64,000 bases of DNA from a virus: positions 1 to 64,000 of the IMG/VR virus record IMGVR_UViG_3300045988_084189, one strand, 5' to 3'. Under the pieces are notes generated by a model. The model was given only the letters and a program-made list of their open reading frames with translations. It was not told where the DNA came from and did not search any database. Both the position numbers and the translations under genes were made by a program. This document shows positions 63,510 to 64,000 of this stretch, piece after piece (position 1 is the stretch's first letter; each line of letters opens with the position of its first letter).

Positions 63510-63730
63510 TCCTTTTCTTCCAGTTCTCTAATCAATCTGTCAATATACCATTTTGCCTTTTTGACATCTTCAATGCCATTCTTTTCTTCATAACGAAATA
63601 GATACTTGATAGCATTTCCTGCACAAAACGCTTCAATCCCTACTTTTCCAACTATTGCAGATTTAATACAATCAATACATTCTATTTCGCCTTTAACATA
63701 ATGATTAGGATGATTTACATTATCGTTCAT
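63506..63730 (-). CDS. DUF3310-like phage protein
   Basis: NHPNHY...ECIDCI...AIKYLFRYEEKNGIEDVKKAKWYIDRL. The ATG at 63730 follows GGAGAT. Confidence 0.55.
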   Translation of the reverse strand: MNDNVNHPNHYVKGEIECIDCIKSAIVGKVGIEAFCAGNAIKYLFRYEEKNGIEDVKKAKWYIDRLIRELEEKE

Positions 63731-64000
63731 ATTTATATCTCCATTTATAACCGCCAGCAGTTTTTGAAAACCCACGACAACAATTACTAATTGAACCTTG
63801 TCTAATGCCAGTCTCTTTTTCTGCTTCTATTTGATTTGTAAATTCTTTTACAAAATTATTTTCTTTATCAAACATAATTACAGGAACGTATGTTTTACTT
63901 GTTCTATTACCGTAATTGACATTGTACTTTCTTGTACACCATTCTAAGTTATTGACATTATTGTTTGAATGATCGTCATCCTTGTGATTTACTTCTGGTA
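63720..64000 (-). CDS. HNH homing endonuclease (5'-truncated by the window edge)
   Basis: My translation contains ...VNHKDDDHSNNNVNNLEWCTRKYN... (HNH core) and a C-terminal ISNCCRGFSKTAGGYKWRY. It is not in the ORF track because it is partial. Confidence 0.55.
   Translation of the reverse strand, partial: PEVNHKDDDHSNNNVNNLEWCTRKYNVNYGNRTSKTYVPVIMFDKENNFVKEFTNQIEAEKETGIRQGSISNCCRGFSKTAGGYKWRYKYER

Overview
This window is a contiguous piece of a low-GC tailed dsDNA phage or prophage genome (Caudoviricetes). Its expression signals look Firmicutes-like: AGGAGG-type RBSs and near-perfect sigma-A promoters.

- **1-20.2 kb (+ strand), late/tail module.** It holds a RuvC-like resolvase and a tape-measure gene split by a 1046-bp cassette. 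The cassette has its own promoter and three paralogous small membrane proteins. Downstream are baseplate and receptor-binding proteins, one with three tandem lectin-like modules, plus two paralogous glycine-rich fibres. A holin and an NlpC/P60-type lysin follow, then two more fibre-like genes.
- **20.3-49.2 kb (- strand), nucleotide metabolism and replication/recombination.** Nucleotide genes are dUTPase, a ThyX-like protein and a class II RNR. Replication genes are a RecD-like helicase, a PAPS-reductase-family protein, a RecJ-like protein, primase, a DnaB-like helicase, Dam methylase, a Sak4-like ATPase, DnaE and a beta-CASP nuclease. A tyrosine recombinase and HU close the block.
- **49.2-51.2 kb.** An ORF-free, visibly GC-richer 2-kb region sits behind a consensus promoter. 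It contains one good tRNA (anticodon CAA, short variable loop) and one decayed tRNA-like element. I flag it as a candidate large structured RNA. A canonical tRNA-Ile(UAU) lies at 51.6 kb.
- **51.3-54.2 kb.** Small genes and a SleB-like lipoprotein.
- **54.2-55.5 kb.** Non-coding: a G-depleted low-complexity tract, then a GC-rich segment behind another consensus promoter.
- **55.5-58.6 kb.** A GC-richer island of about 11 small genes.
- **58.6-60.2 kb.** A repeat-rich, control- or origin-like region.
- **60.2-64 kb.** One + strand gene, then small early-type genes: Lar-like, dCMP deaminase, DUF3310-like and a partial HNH endonuclease.

Fifteen TTGACA-N16/17-TATAAT-like promoters, most with an extended -10 TG, punctuate the minus-strand genes. 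All calls come from reading the sequence and remembering motifs; no searches were run.
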